64,000 nt of DNA from a virus, in IMG/VR virus record IMGVR_UViG_3300000304_000007, positions 17,651-81,650 of that record; one strand, written 5' to 3'. The stretch's first letter is position 1; every line of letters begins with the position of its first letter. Below the pieces are notes generated by a model, which did no database searches, was not told the origin of the DNA, and saw only the letters and a program-made list of their open reading frames with translations. Position numbers and translations under genes: made by a program. This document shows, piece after piece, positions 56,465 through 64,000 of this stretch.

Positions 56465-56707
56465 ATGGAAGTGATAACTAAGAAGTATATCTATACTTTA
56501 GAAGAGGTTCCTCCATTGGATAAGGAAGTATTCGGGGGATGCTATGGGTGTTTCTTTGTCAAGGTAAGGAACGGGCATCTATATAAGACCTGTGGGAAAT
56601 ATCCTGATTCCCTGATCCAGAATTGTTCTGCTAAGGAGATTATCTATAAGCTAGTGGGCAGGAGATTGAATGATTCTAAGTCCTTGAAAGGTAATAAGGA
56701 GGGATAG
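56465..56707 (+). CDS. Hypothetical Cys-containing protein
   Basis: GCYGCFF...C...C pattern common in small phage proteins. Confidence 0.7.
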   Translation: MEVITKKYIYTLEEVPPLDKEVFGGCYGCFFVKVRNGHLYKTCGKYPDSLIQNCSAKEIIYKLVGRRLNDSKSLKGNKEG

Positions 56708-56747
56708 GCCCATTACCGATAATCTACGTCGGTGTAGATAAAAAATT

Positions 56748-56776
56748 ACCGAGGCTCTCTGGGTCTCGGTTTCTTG
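56748..56776 (+). terminator. Terminator of the + strand mini-operon
   Basis: accgag.../...ctcggt stem followed by ttcttgtgtt; preceded by the hairpin atctac/gtagat (56722-56739). Confidence 0.55.
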
Positions 56777-56905
56777 TGTTCAGGCTTTCCTTGTGTGGCT
56801 CGGCCCCTGTTACTCACGGGTCTTCCTAGTGGGCCCATTACTATGCGTGTGTAGGATGGGGTATTCGGAGGGGGACACGGTGGCACATAAACAAAAATTT
56901 TCCCT

Positions 56906-56939
56906 AAAAAAATAGGGGACAACCTTTTGGCATCCCCTA
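56906..56939 (-). terminator. Terminator for the AT-rich island genes
   Basis: tagggga / tccccta stem with T7 on the - strand. Confidence 0.65.
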
Positions 56940-57019
56940 AATTTGGCATGATTATTGTTTGCACTGCATTTTCTTAAAATCGAAACTTGTTGCAAATAGC
57001 AACAAAATTACACTTATTA

Positions 57020-57238
57020 TTAACATTTTTCAATCTTTAAATAAATTTGTTCTCCCTTATTAAGGAGTGAAACCTTTTTATTTTTCATCCGTGAAAAACT
57101 TTCCCGTATAAAGGTATAAAAACCCACAAATTCAGTTATCGGAAACGAAACTGAAATAATGTCTTTTGCAGATAATTCCTGCCTTGCAATGGTCTTAAAT
57201 CTATTGCAAAAATCCGTAACTTCAGAAAGTGATTTCAT
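57020..57238 (-). CDS. Hypothetical protein (AT-rich island)
   Basis: ATGA overlap with the upstream gene. Confidence 0.6.
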   Translation of the reverse strand: MKSLSEVTDFCNRFKTIARQELSAKDIISVSFPITEFVGFYTFIRESFSRMKNKKVSLLNKGEQIYLKIEKC

Positions 57239-57471
57239 AATGTTATTACAATTTCGTTTTCTTTTTCCTCAATTTTGCAGCCATAAGAACGCAAATAGGC
57301 AATTTCGGCTTCACTTATTTCCTCGGCTTCGATATTGCAAGAACTTATATAATTGTTATAAAGCATTAAGTATATGCACCTTGCAAAACCTATTTCATTA
57401 ATATTGCCTTTTGAAAATAGGTTGTCTATTTCGGCAATCATTTTATTTGATTCTTTTTTAATTTTATTCAT
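57235..57471 (-). CDS. Hypothetical protein (AT-rich island)
   Basis: 78 aa with an A-rich leader. Confidence 0.6.
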   Translation of the reverse strand: MNKIKKESNKMIAEIDNLFSKGNINEIGFARCIYLMLYNNYISSCNIEAEEISEAEIAYLRSYGCKIEEKENEIVITL

Positions 57472-57493
57472 AATTTAACAAAGATTTTTAAAG

Positions 57494-57512
57494 GGGGGGA
57501 TTTAATCCCCCC
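57494..57512 (-). terminator. G/C hairpin after the 119-aa gene
   Basis: gggggga-tttaa-tcccccc. Confidence 0.55.
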
Positions 57513-57517
57513 GATTA

Positions 57518-57877
57518 TTATTTGATTTTCTCCAAATCCGAAACGAATTTATCAATTTCAGCGGATTTTTCAGCGGATTTTGAAGACCCATATAATATAT
57601 ATGGATTCTGATAAACGCCTTTGGCATAATCAAGGAAAACAGCTTTGAAAGCCTTTTTTTGCTCTTGATTTTTGCAACCGGCAAAGGTTGCAATGAATTC
57701 TTGCAAATTCTTGCGCAATTTGGCGCGATAACGGGATTTTTCACGGTCTGTTAATTTCCGATTCAATTTTTTCTCTATTTCGGCATAAATGTCACTCCTG
57801 TATATATCGGAGTTATTTTCAGAAATCATTCCGTTTGCGCTTTTGAACTTTTTCAAAGCCTCTAATGAAGTTGCCAT
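57518..57877 (-). CDS. Basic helical hypothetical protein (possible DNA binding)
   Basis: 119 aa, Lys/Arg-rich (KLTDREKSRYRAKLRKNL), with its own promoter. Confidence 0.7.
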   Translation of the reverse strand: MATSLEALKKFKSANGMISENNSDIYRSDIYAEIEKKLNRKLTDREKSRYRAKLRKNLQEFIATFAGCKNQEQKKAFKAVFLDYAKGVYQNPYILYGSSKSAEKSAEIDKFVSDLEKIK

Positions 57878-58046
57878 AATACATAATGCGCTAACTCTTT
57901 TAAATATTAATACTAATGTCTTATGATTATGATAGAGAGTTAACGACTGATTTAACTATCATTCATAAGTTACATATATTATATATGTATTATTTCAATT
58001 ATTGTGCCAAACTTTTTTGAACTTGTGTTCCTATCTGATGGCACTA

Positions 58047-58054
58047 CAAAGGTA
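58047..58054 (-). promoter_or_regulatory. TAnnTTTG promoter box driving the island genes
   Basis: TACCTTTG(TA) on the - strand with a very AT-rich upstream tract. Confidence 0.55.
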
Positions 58055-58199
58055 GTTATTTTTTTTGATATATTAAATTTTTTTTCATTTTCGACAAAAA
58101 TTTTTTTATTTAAAATTTTTCAAAATTAGAATTTAGAATTATTCTAAATTCCAGATTTTCCAGATGCACCAAGCACGCAATTTTGAAAAATTCCATTTT

Positions 58200-59200
58200 A
58201 GGGTATAGGGGGGGGAATCGTCGGTAAGGTCGGTCGGTAAGAGGGTCGGTTGTAGATGGGATTGTTGATGGGTTCGTTCGACGGTAAGGCCTAGTTGTCC
58301 CGAGAGAGGTGGTTGATGGGTAGGTATCGGTTTCCTATCGGCCGAAATATCAGGCTCAGGGATTCGGGTTCTATCGGAGGGTTAATATCGGTAGAATGAT
58401 TCGTCGGTATTGGGAGGGTATAATGGGCCTCGATGGCCAGTAAGGCCTGAATTTCATTAGGGCCCTTGTTGATGGGTGTCTGAGGAAAATTCTCGGATAG
58501 GGGTACTGAGGAACCTGATAGAGGAATAGGGTTGGAGGAAGAGGATCGGTTATAGTAGGGGGTATAGAGGATCGGGTAGGAGGAATGCGGTGTAGGGTAT
58601 TAGAGGGTCAAAGAGATTCAAGCGTAATAACCCTAGTAACTACAAGCGTTATTTACAAGCGTTTCTCTTCAAGCGTCGGTTGCTTCAAGCGTTCTGTGAT
58701 ATATTCAAGGCCCTAATATCAGGCCCTATCAATAAGTGTCGGATGACAGGTCAGGCTATTGGGTTACCGACGTCGGATAAGGCCTTTATCCTTGAAAGGT
58801 CCTTGTCGATGGGTTCAAGGTACCAAGGCTTTAGATCATCGGATCCTGTGAGATCCTGAGTTATACTGTTCTAAGGCCTGAGTAGCTCAATTCTCTATCC
58901 GAGATTCAAGCGTCGGATTCTCAGTAAGGCCTAGTTTACTCTGATTTTACTCTCATCTAGCTCAAAAACACGGTAAAATGATAAGCTTTTATATATAGGG
59001 TATAGCTAAATAGCTCAAATGTCAGGTATCATTTTATTCTGCTCCCAGGCTCATCTGTTGAGAGCATATTTTAGTCAGTTGACAACTATAGTATAAAGTT
59101 AGAGGAAACTGATAGTTTAAGAGAGCATGAGCTGATTTCTATAGGGGTAAGTAAAATCGGTAAAACGTGAGGTATCAGTTTAGGATCAGTTTTTGAGGAG
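58200..59200. repeat. Non-coding mosaic of short iterated motifs
   Basis: CAAGCGT at 58619, 58643, 58656, 58670, 58686, 58907; AAGGCCT at 58286, 58442, 58779, 58873, 58926; GTTGATGGG three times; TAGCTCAA three times. Confidence 0.8.
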
Positions 59201-59840
59201 TAGGTATTTTTCAGGTACCTGATCTATACCTGACTTTAAGCGTCGGATGGTATTTCGGGGCTGTCGGATCGGTATATTTTTAAGGGCTTTAAGTCTTAAT
59301 AGTTGTGCTCTAGAGTAGCTTTTGGGCTTAGTTTGTTCAAGATAGCTATTTCTCAATAGGGCCAAATCGCTCCAAAGTGCTTCTAGAGGCTCGTTTAGAC
59401 TGCTCACAGGAGCCTCCATACCCCCTGAGGGGTCCTCGGACACACTAAGCGAATGAGTCATCAAGAGGGGGTGGGAGCAGATGAAAAGCAGAATTAGTGC
59501 GATTTTGCATTAAAAAGAGGGGAAGGGCCTGATAGGAGCCTGAAGGGTATATTGTATATGATATTGAAGTATATGTATGTGAGGTTATATTAGTGTATGA
59601 TATATGAGGTCTGTGATATAGAGGATAGTGTATTGTTGTTTGTTTTGGGAGGGGTTATTCGTAGGAGCCTGATTATTTGATTGTCTCTTGGTTTTTGAGA
59701 GCGTTATTCGAGGATGTGATCCTTGATATTTCCTTGTTTTTGGGCAGAGGTTATCAGAGGATGCTTGTCGGTTATTATTAGGATTAATAGAGGCTCTCCT
59801 AGAGAGTTTTGTTAGAAGAGCCTAGATTTTATGTTTAGAG

Positions 59841-60062
59841 TTAAGGGAGAACCTCTTGGAGGTCTCCTTGATCCTTATGTAGATATACTGTGAGGGTATC
59901 TACTTCTTTGGTCCTTTGAATGTAGGATTGCCAAGATTTATATTTATCAGGATGATCCTTTACCCAGTTTTTCTTAGCTTCCTGAGGAGTCTTAGCTTCT
60001 GTAACATAAGGTTGGACGTAGAAAGGATCTTCTTCAGTCTGGTAGAGTATAATGTATTTCAT
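59841..60062 (-). CDS. Small early-type hypothetical protein
   Basis: Last gene of the small-ORF array. Confidence 0.7.
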   Translation of the reverse strand: MKYIILYQTEEDPFYVQPYVTEAKTPQEAKKNWVKDHPDKYKSWQSYIQRTKEVDTLTVYLHKDQGDLQEVLP

Positions 60063-60075
60063 GGTGTTGTTGTTT

Positions 60076-60303
60076 TTAATTTTCCCAGTGGTCGAATTTT
60101 ACGGGGATTGGCTCGGATGTTATTTGATAGGATGCTATTTGATAGATATAGAAGTCATAGTCGTCTAGTGATTCTTCTGGATATTTTTTATGAAACCACA
60201 GATTGAAGGTTCTCATTAAGCCTGGTATGTTGAAGGCTGGGATGATTTTTACGATGGGTTCTTGACCATCTAGATTTTGAGCTAGTACTAAGTAAGTGTC
60301 CAT
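60076..60303 (-). CDS. Small hypothetical protein
   Basis: Array member. Confidence 0.7.
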   Translation of the reverse strand: MDTYLVLAQNLDGQEPIVKIIPAFNIPGLMRTFNLWFHKKYPEESLDDYDFYIYQIASYQITSEPIPVKFDHWEN

Positions 60304-60306
60304 GGT

Positions 60307-60636
60307 TTAACTCTCTTTGAGTGGTATACTGATGTAGATTAGTAGGGATACTCCTGTGTTTTGGGGGAAGAGGTGGATTTGGAATGGAAGGAATTCATCG
60401 GATGGGATCATAGTCGGATCCTCGAGGGGATTCGGTGTAGAGATGGTATGATTTTCCTGATCATAGATGCAATATAGGTCATTGTATCCTTGAGCATCTA
60501 GTTTGAGTACTTCATAGTTGAAGATTAGAGGGTCCAGATTGGATTCATTCATCTGGTAGTTTATGATGCTGAGGTCATCTACTCTGAGTAGTCTTTTTAC
60601 AGCTTCTTGGACTTGTGGGAAGATATTAGTGATCAT
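60307..60636 (-). CDS. Small acidic hypothetical protein
   Basis: Array member with an ATGA overlap. Confidence 0.7.
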   Translation of the reverse strand: MITNIFPQVQEAVKRLLRVDDLSIINYQMNESNLDPLIFNYEVLKLDAQGYNDLYCIYDQENHTISTPNPLEDPTMIPSDEFLPFQIHLFPQNTGVSLLIYISIPLKES

Positions 60637-60926
60637 GATAAGTATTTGATTTGAATGAGGTTGATTTCTCTGGTAACTGCGTTACCTTCGAGTTGGTATT
60701 TGAAGTATTCATGGTATAGGTCTACTGTGTTTTCCTTGATCATTTTGTAGAAGAGTTCCCATTGTTCTTCGGTTACCCATGGAGTGAATCGGACAGTGAT
60801 ATAATTGTATTCAAAGTCCGGAGTTGGTTTGAAGCATATGTTTATGTGTATGATTTTGTCTTTGTGCTCTAGGAGGGCATTTAGAACGATTCCCAGAGAG
60901 TCTTCATTATTGAGTTCTCGTATCAT
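60633..60926 (-). CDS. Small hypothetical protein
   Basis: Array member. Confidence 0.7.
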   Translation of the reverse strand: MIRELNNEDSLGIVLNALLEHKDKIIHINICFKPTPDFEYNYITVRFTPWVTEEQWELFYKMIKENTVDLYHEYFKYQLEGNAVTREINLIQIKYLS

Positions 60927-61080
60927 AGTTTGGTGTTTTTAGCAGTCTTCTACTATTGTTAATCCGTTGTTTTGATAGATGATGTAGTCTTCTGCTTCTT
61001 CCAGGTCTTCTTTAGGAATGGCTACGTAGTCGAAGTATACCATGCAGTCATCGTGTATAAGCCAGATAACTGCAGGCCCC

Positions 61081-61353
61081 TTAGATGAGTTCGTCTTCTG
61101 AGATTGGCCAGCCTTCTTCGAGCACTGCAGTAAAGTGGTCGTGGAGGTCAGCAGCAAGTTTGGGATCAGTGGCCTGAAGAGTGAGGAGTTCGACCTCGAT
61201 GTCCCGCATGATAGCATCGTAATGATAGTTGAAGATGGTCTGGAGTCTTGATGCAAGCCCAGCCGGAATGTTGAGATTGTTTTGCATAATTGTTTGATTT
61301 TTAATGAGTTGTGATTGTTGTGTTGTGTTGGTTGTGTGTTGCATATTTTGCAT
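61081..61353 (-). CDS. Small acidic hypothetical protein (true start probably MQNNLN after a CA-rich leader)
   Basis: Promoter at 61365-61397; the leader caacacacaaccaacacaacacaac precedes the internal ATG. Confidence 0.65.
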   Translation of the reverse strand: MQNMQHTTNTTQQSQLIKNQTIMQNNLNIPAGLASRLQTIFNYHYDAIMRDIEVELLTLQATDPKLAADLHDHFTAVLEEGWPISEDELI

Positions 61354-61364
61354 TTTTATTTATG

Positions 61365-61397
61365 CAAATATACATATAATATATTAAATATTGCATC
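61365..61397 (-). promoter_or_regulatory. Repeated early promoter, copy 1
   Basis: GATGCAATATTTAATAT-N8-TATATTTG on the - strand; identical core at 62170-62202. Confidence 0.75.
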
Positions 61398-61425
61398 GGC
61401 CCCAACCAATAGCTCTATCAGGGGC

Positions 61426-61722
61426 TTATTCCGGCAGGTTCGCAGAGATAAGTATTGCATTGTCTTTGATTTTTATTGTTGTGTCTCTTGGGAATCCTCT
61501 TTGAACTAGTGTCTCTTGCATGGTATGCAATAAGTCCAGGCTCAGCATATTGTTGATCGAAAAGGTATGTGAAAAGGTATAGGCTCCAGTAATTATTGAG
61601 CCCTTGTTGCTGCGTTTTACACGTACTGTAGTCTGGTATGGCGTTGTCAGTATATATGATTTGAAGAATGAGCCCAGGATACCCAGATCCAGGAGCCCAT
61701 GTGATATTTTAGTTGTTAGCAT
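61426..61722 (-). CDS. Small hypothetical protein
   Basis: Array member. Confidence 0.65.
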   Translation of the reverse strand: MLTTKISHGLLDLGILGSFFKSYILTTPYQTTVRVKRSNKGSIITGAYTFSHTFSINNMLSLDLLHTMQETLVQRGFPRDTTIKIKDNAILISANLPE

Positions 61723-61728
61723 AGCTTA

Positions 61729-62148
61729 TCAGAGTTTGTGAATGAATATCAGATGGAGTTGTTCAGCATCATGTTTCCATGCAACAATGTCTTCTGGAAA
61801 TCTCCAGTGAGATACCAGATCAGGAAGAGTTCCCTTGAGAGAGGTAATATTAAATACCAGATGGTAGAGTATTTCGTTTTCTCCCCCTTTCAGTAAGATC
61901 TCCCCGTGATCAAAGTCTTTTGCATAGGGATTGTTCTTGAGAAATTGAGCAATGTCTTCTGCAGTTCCGATTGGATCGATTGCAGAGTTCTTAAAGTTGT
62001 AGAATTCAAGCGTTTTATCGAATCCTGTGTATACAAGCGTTTCAAGGAATTCTCCAGGTGCGTGGAGGTAATTCTGAAGCTCATGTACGAGCATGTTGTT
62101 GATGAGTTGATGCAGTGTTTTCATGTTAGTGTTGTTTTGTTGGTGCAT
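61729..62148 (-). CDS. Hypothetical protein (start probably MKTLHQ)
   Basis: Follows promoter copy 2 and a CA-rich leader. Confidence 0.7.
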   Translation of the reverse strand: MHQQNNTNMKTLHQLINNMLVHELQNYLHAPGEFLETLVYTGFDKTLEFYNFKNSAIDPIGTAEDIAQFLKNNPYAKDFDHGEILLKGGENEILYHLVFNITSLKGTLPDLVSHWRFPEDIVAWKHDAEQLHLIFIHKL

Positions 62149-62169
62149 ATCTTTATTATTTTATATATG

Positions 62170-62202
62170 CAAATATACAAATTTAATATTAAATATTGCA
62201 TC
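62170..62202 (-). promoter_or_regulatory. Repeated early promoter, copy 2
   Basis: Same 17-bp block, 8-nt spacer and TATATTTG as copy 1. Confidence 0.75.
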
Positions 62203-62479
62203 AGCTCAACTTCCTGGCCCTGGCTTCCCGATTTCTCTGGGCTGTTTCTTTAGCTTTTTTCAGGAAATCTTCGAATTTGGTATCAGGTTCTAGCTCTGGG
62301 GGTTCAGGGAGAAGATATACCTTAGAATAAATTTCTTCAGGCTTTTTTGATTGAAGGACCACAGGTGTAAAATCATACCTTGTTCCATCTACAAGTCTGA
62401 TGAGTATATCGGTTTTTTCAAGATCCATACCCTGTTCATGGGCTAACATAATCAAGTTCATTAAGTCTGAAAGTGTCAT
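62201..62479 (-). CDS. Small hypothetical protein
   Basis: Array member with a basic C-terminus. Confidence 0.7.
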   Translation of the reverse strand: MTLSDLMNLIMLAHEQGMDLEKTDILIRLVDGTRYDFTPVVLQSKKPEEIYSKVYLLPEPPELEPDTKFEDFLKKAKETAQRNREARARKLS

Positions 62480-62739
62480 AGCAATGATATTTTAGTTGAT
62501 GATTGATTTCGGTTCTGTAATTTGTCTATTTCCTGATTATACCAGTCTATATCCTGGCTAAGCTTTCGTAGCATTTCCGCCTTTGTTGGCAAGTCAGGAT
62601 AAGATCTGATGAATGGGTTATCTATTCCCGGATACATTCGACAATAGGTTTGCATACCCTCTGCAGTATCTTTCTTAAGTAGGAATTTTTTGAGAGAAGC
62701 ATTTTTGATAGCTATTTCTCGTTCTTCTTGTTGTGTCAT
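62476..62739 (-). CDS. Small hypothetical protein
   Basis: Array member with ATGA overlaps. Confidence 0.7.
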   Translation of the reverse strand: MTQQEEREIAIKNASLKKFLLKKDTAEGMQTYCRMYPGIDNPFIRSYPDLPTKAEMLRKLSQDIDWYNQEIDKLQNRNQSSTKISLL

Positions 62740-63080
62740 TTTAAGTCCTCCTGATTTAATCCCATTTCCCCCCGAAATTTAACCGTATTCATAGTTATTA
62801 AAGCCTGATCTGAAAGGTTTTTCAGAGGGGTGTATATTTCATGAGATTTAGGATCTATCATGAATATGGACATATCCTCCGAATTTAGTCTGTCAAAGAG
62901 ATCTATGAATTTAAGTTGAAGTTCATTATATTCGGACTCTCCATATATCTCTTTGAGTTGTTCAAGCGTTCTAGAATCCTGGTCAATATAATATAGGATT
63001 GCCTGTTTAAGCCCAGGGGATATAATCGATACAGGCAAGCTATTTGATAGGGTATTATCCCAGAATATATAAGTATTCAT
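62736..63080 (-). CDS. Small hypothetical protein
   Basis: Array member. Confidence 0.7.
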   Translation of the reverse strand: MNTYIFWDNTLSNSLPVSIISPGLKQAILYYIDQDSRTLEQLKEIYGESEYNELQLKFIDLFDRLNSEDMSIFMIDPKSHEIYTPLKNLSDQALITMNTVKFRGEMGLNQEDLK

Positions 63081-63085
63081 GGCTT

Positions 63086-63403
63086 CTACTGTTCAAAGGG
63101 TTTGTATTCTCCCGATTTTATGTAGTCTATGAGTTCCTCCTGTAAGTCTATACTCCCCTTGAAAGGTTCTTCCAGATCATTAAGATCTACCTGAATATAG
63201 TCCTCTATGTATTCAGCCAGCCCTTCAGGAGTAGTTTCATCATCTGGCCAGCTTTCATCTATGAGGTAGTCCAGAAAATCCTTGAAGGCAGCTTTCTTGG
63301 ATGGATATTGATTGAGTTGAAGGACTGTGACTGTTGGAAAGTCATCATTGAATACCTTAACTGAGGTGGTATCAATGAAAGTCAAAACGTGATTGTGTTG
63401 CAT
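63086..63403 (-). CDS. Small highly acidic hypothetical protein
   Basis: Asp/Glu-rich C-terminal half. Confidence 0.7.
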   Translation of the reverse strand: MQHNHVLTFIDTTSVKVFNDDFPTVTVLQLNQYPSKKAAFKDFLDYLIDESWPDDETTPEGLAEYIEDYIQVDLNDLEEPFKGSIDLQEELIDYIKSGEYKPFEQ

Positions 63404-63417
63404 AGCTTAAAGAGTTT

Positions 63418-63762
63418 TTAAAGTTCGTGAATAATAAGTAAGTATCCGTTTCTCAGTATTTTTACCTGAGCATAAGAGATTTCATCGTCCCAAGGCCAGA
63501 GTATTCTGTTTCCTTGAAATACTAGTTCATCTGCTGAAGGCCAAGGTATTGGGCAATCTTTAGCAGGAGCCAGCTTGATTATTATTAGAGGATAATCTCC
63601 TCCATTCATGATAGCCACTGAATCAGGTACCCAGTGTCTTACTATCTGAGGAGATTGAAGATAGTCCTGATAAATGAAGAGGTATTGGTCTTGGAGCTCT
63701 TCTGGAGTCATACCCGTATTCGGAGGAGCAATGATTTTAAAGGTGTTGAGTCTTTGGTCCAT
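63418..63762 (-). CDS. Hypothetical protein (start MDQRL; the tracked ATG at 63795 lies inside the promoter)
   Basis: A TATATTTG box at 63785-63792 precedes an A-rich leader and the ATG at 63762. Confidence 0.65.
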   Translation of the reverse strand: MDQRLNTFKIIAPPNTGMTPEELQDQYLFIYQDYLQSPQIVRHWVPDSVAIMNGGDYPLIIIKLAPAKDCPIPWPSADELVFQGNRILWPWDDEISYAQVKILRNGYLLIIHEL

Positions 63763-63784
63763 ATCTTTTAAATTTTTATTTATG

Positions 63785-63815
63785 CAAATATACAAATAAT
63801 ATAAATAAAAATGCA
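63785..63815 (-). promoter_or_regulatory. Repeated early promoter, copy 3 (variant)
   Basis: TGCATTTTTATTTATATTATTTGTATATTTGCATA on the - strand. Confidence 0.65.
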
Positions 63816-63841
63816 GGGGCCCACTTAGGAGCTCCCTGCAT
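63811..63841 (-). terminator. Terminator hairpin overlapping the next promoter
   Basis: atgcaggg / ccctgcat stem followed by TTTTT on the - strand. Confidence 0.65.
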
Positions 63842-63846
63842 CTACC

Positions 63847-64000
63847 CTATCCAATGATCAGATAGGTTGCAAAGATATGAATGGGATTGTTTTTTTCATC
63901 GTGAATACCCTCTGAGCCCTGATATACTGGACCATAGAAGATATCCTGTAGTGGATCTCCATAGGAAATATAGGTCATATCTTCCCCATCTTCAGCATCC
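63847..64000 (-). CDS. 3' end of a hypothetical gene (truncated by the window edge)
   Basis: Open frame DAEDGEDMTYISYGDPLQDIFYGPVYQGSEGIHDEKNNPIHIFATYLIIG-stop. Confidence 0.6.
   Translation of the reverse strand, partial: DAEDGEDMTYISYGDPLQDIFYGPVYQGSEGIHDEKNNPIHIFATYLIIG

Noticed and set aside
56746-56995. Two overlapping - strand ORFs (72 aa and 61 aa) between convergent terminators
   Set aside because: They start downstream of or across the 56906-56939 terminator; Pro/Arg-rich, non-protein-like composition.
58600-58700. CAAGCGT cluster as a mini CRISPR array
   Set aside because: Repeats are only 7 bp with 6-17 nt irregular spacers, far below CRISPR dimensions, and there are no cas genes.
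59186-59464. 92-aa - strand ORF in the repeat-rich non-coding region
   Set aside because: No promoter or A-rich leader and unremarkable sequence; it probably arises from strand bias.
60939-61256. 105-aa ORF overlapping 61081..61353; possible frameshift fusion
   Set aside because: The N-terminal two thirds is an alternate-frame shadow, and no compatible slippery site exists at ATC TAA G. At most a short gene from the internal ATG (MVYFD...), so it is not listed.
1-64000. Stop-codon reassignment, tRNA genes, DGR or invertible cassette
   Set aside because: Genes are full length under code 11 with TAG used as a stop. No tRNA cloverleaf, reverse transcriptase, template/variable repeat pair or recombinase was seen.

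Overview
A 64-kb segment of a large lytic myovirus (contractile-tailed dsDNA phage), standard genetic code, almost certainly infecting Bacteroidota. The host call rests on TAnnTTTG -7 promoter boxes, A-rich leaders without Shine-Dalgarno motifs, and BACON-domain fibres. Nearly all genes are on the - strand. Left to right: (1) nucleotide metabolism/base-modification genes (two thymidylate-synthase-fold paralogs, a dimeric all-alpha dNTPase, HNH, dUTPase); (2) replication genes (intein-bearing SF2 helicase, primase, DnaB-like helicase); (3) a divergent sigma-like gene; (4) amidase and holin-like lysis genes; (5) baseplate, tape measure, frameshifted tail chaperone, tube, sheath and neck; (6) a fibre/appendage cluster; (7) head genes, portal and an HNH-intein-bearing terminase; (8) a C5 methyltransferase, small membrane proteins and an orphan BACON fibre gene; (9) a compositionally distinct, largely non-coding repeat-rich region at about 56.7-59.8 kb, a candidate terminus or origin; (10) an array of small early genes with repeated host-type promoters. 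Most striking observation: several fibre-cluster proteins end in the first half of a BACON (Ig-like) domain, others begin with the complementary second half, and one 212-aa protein has both. This suggests a modular fibre assembled by inter-protein domain complementation. The second candidate system is a cytosine-modification cassette. All functional calls come from motif recognition by eye; no database searches were run.
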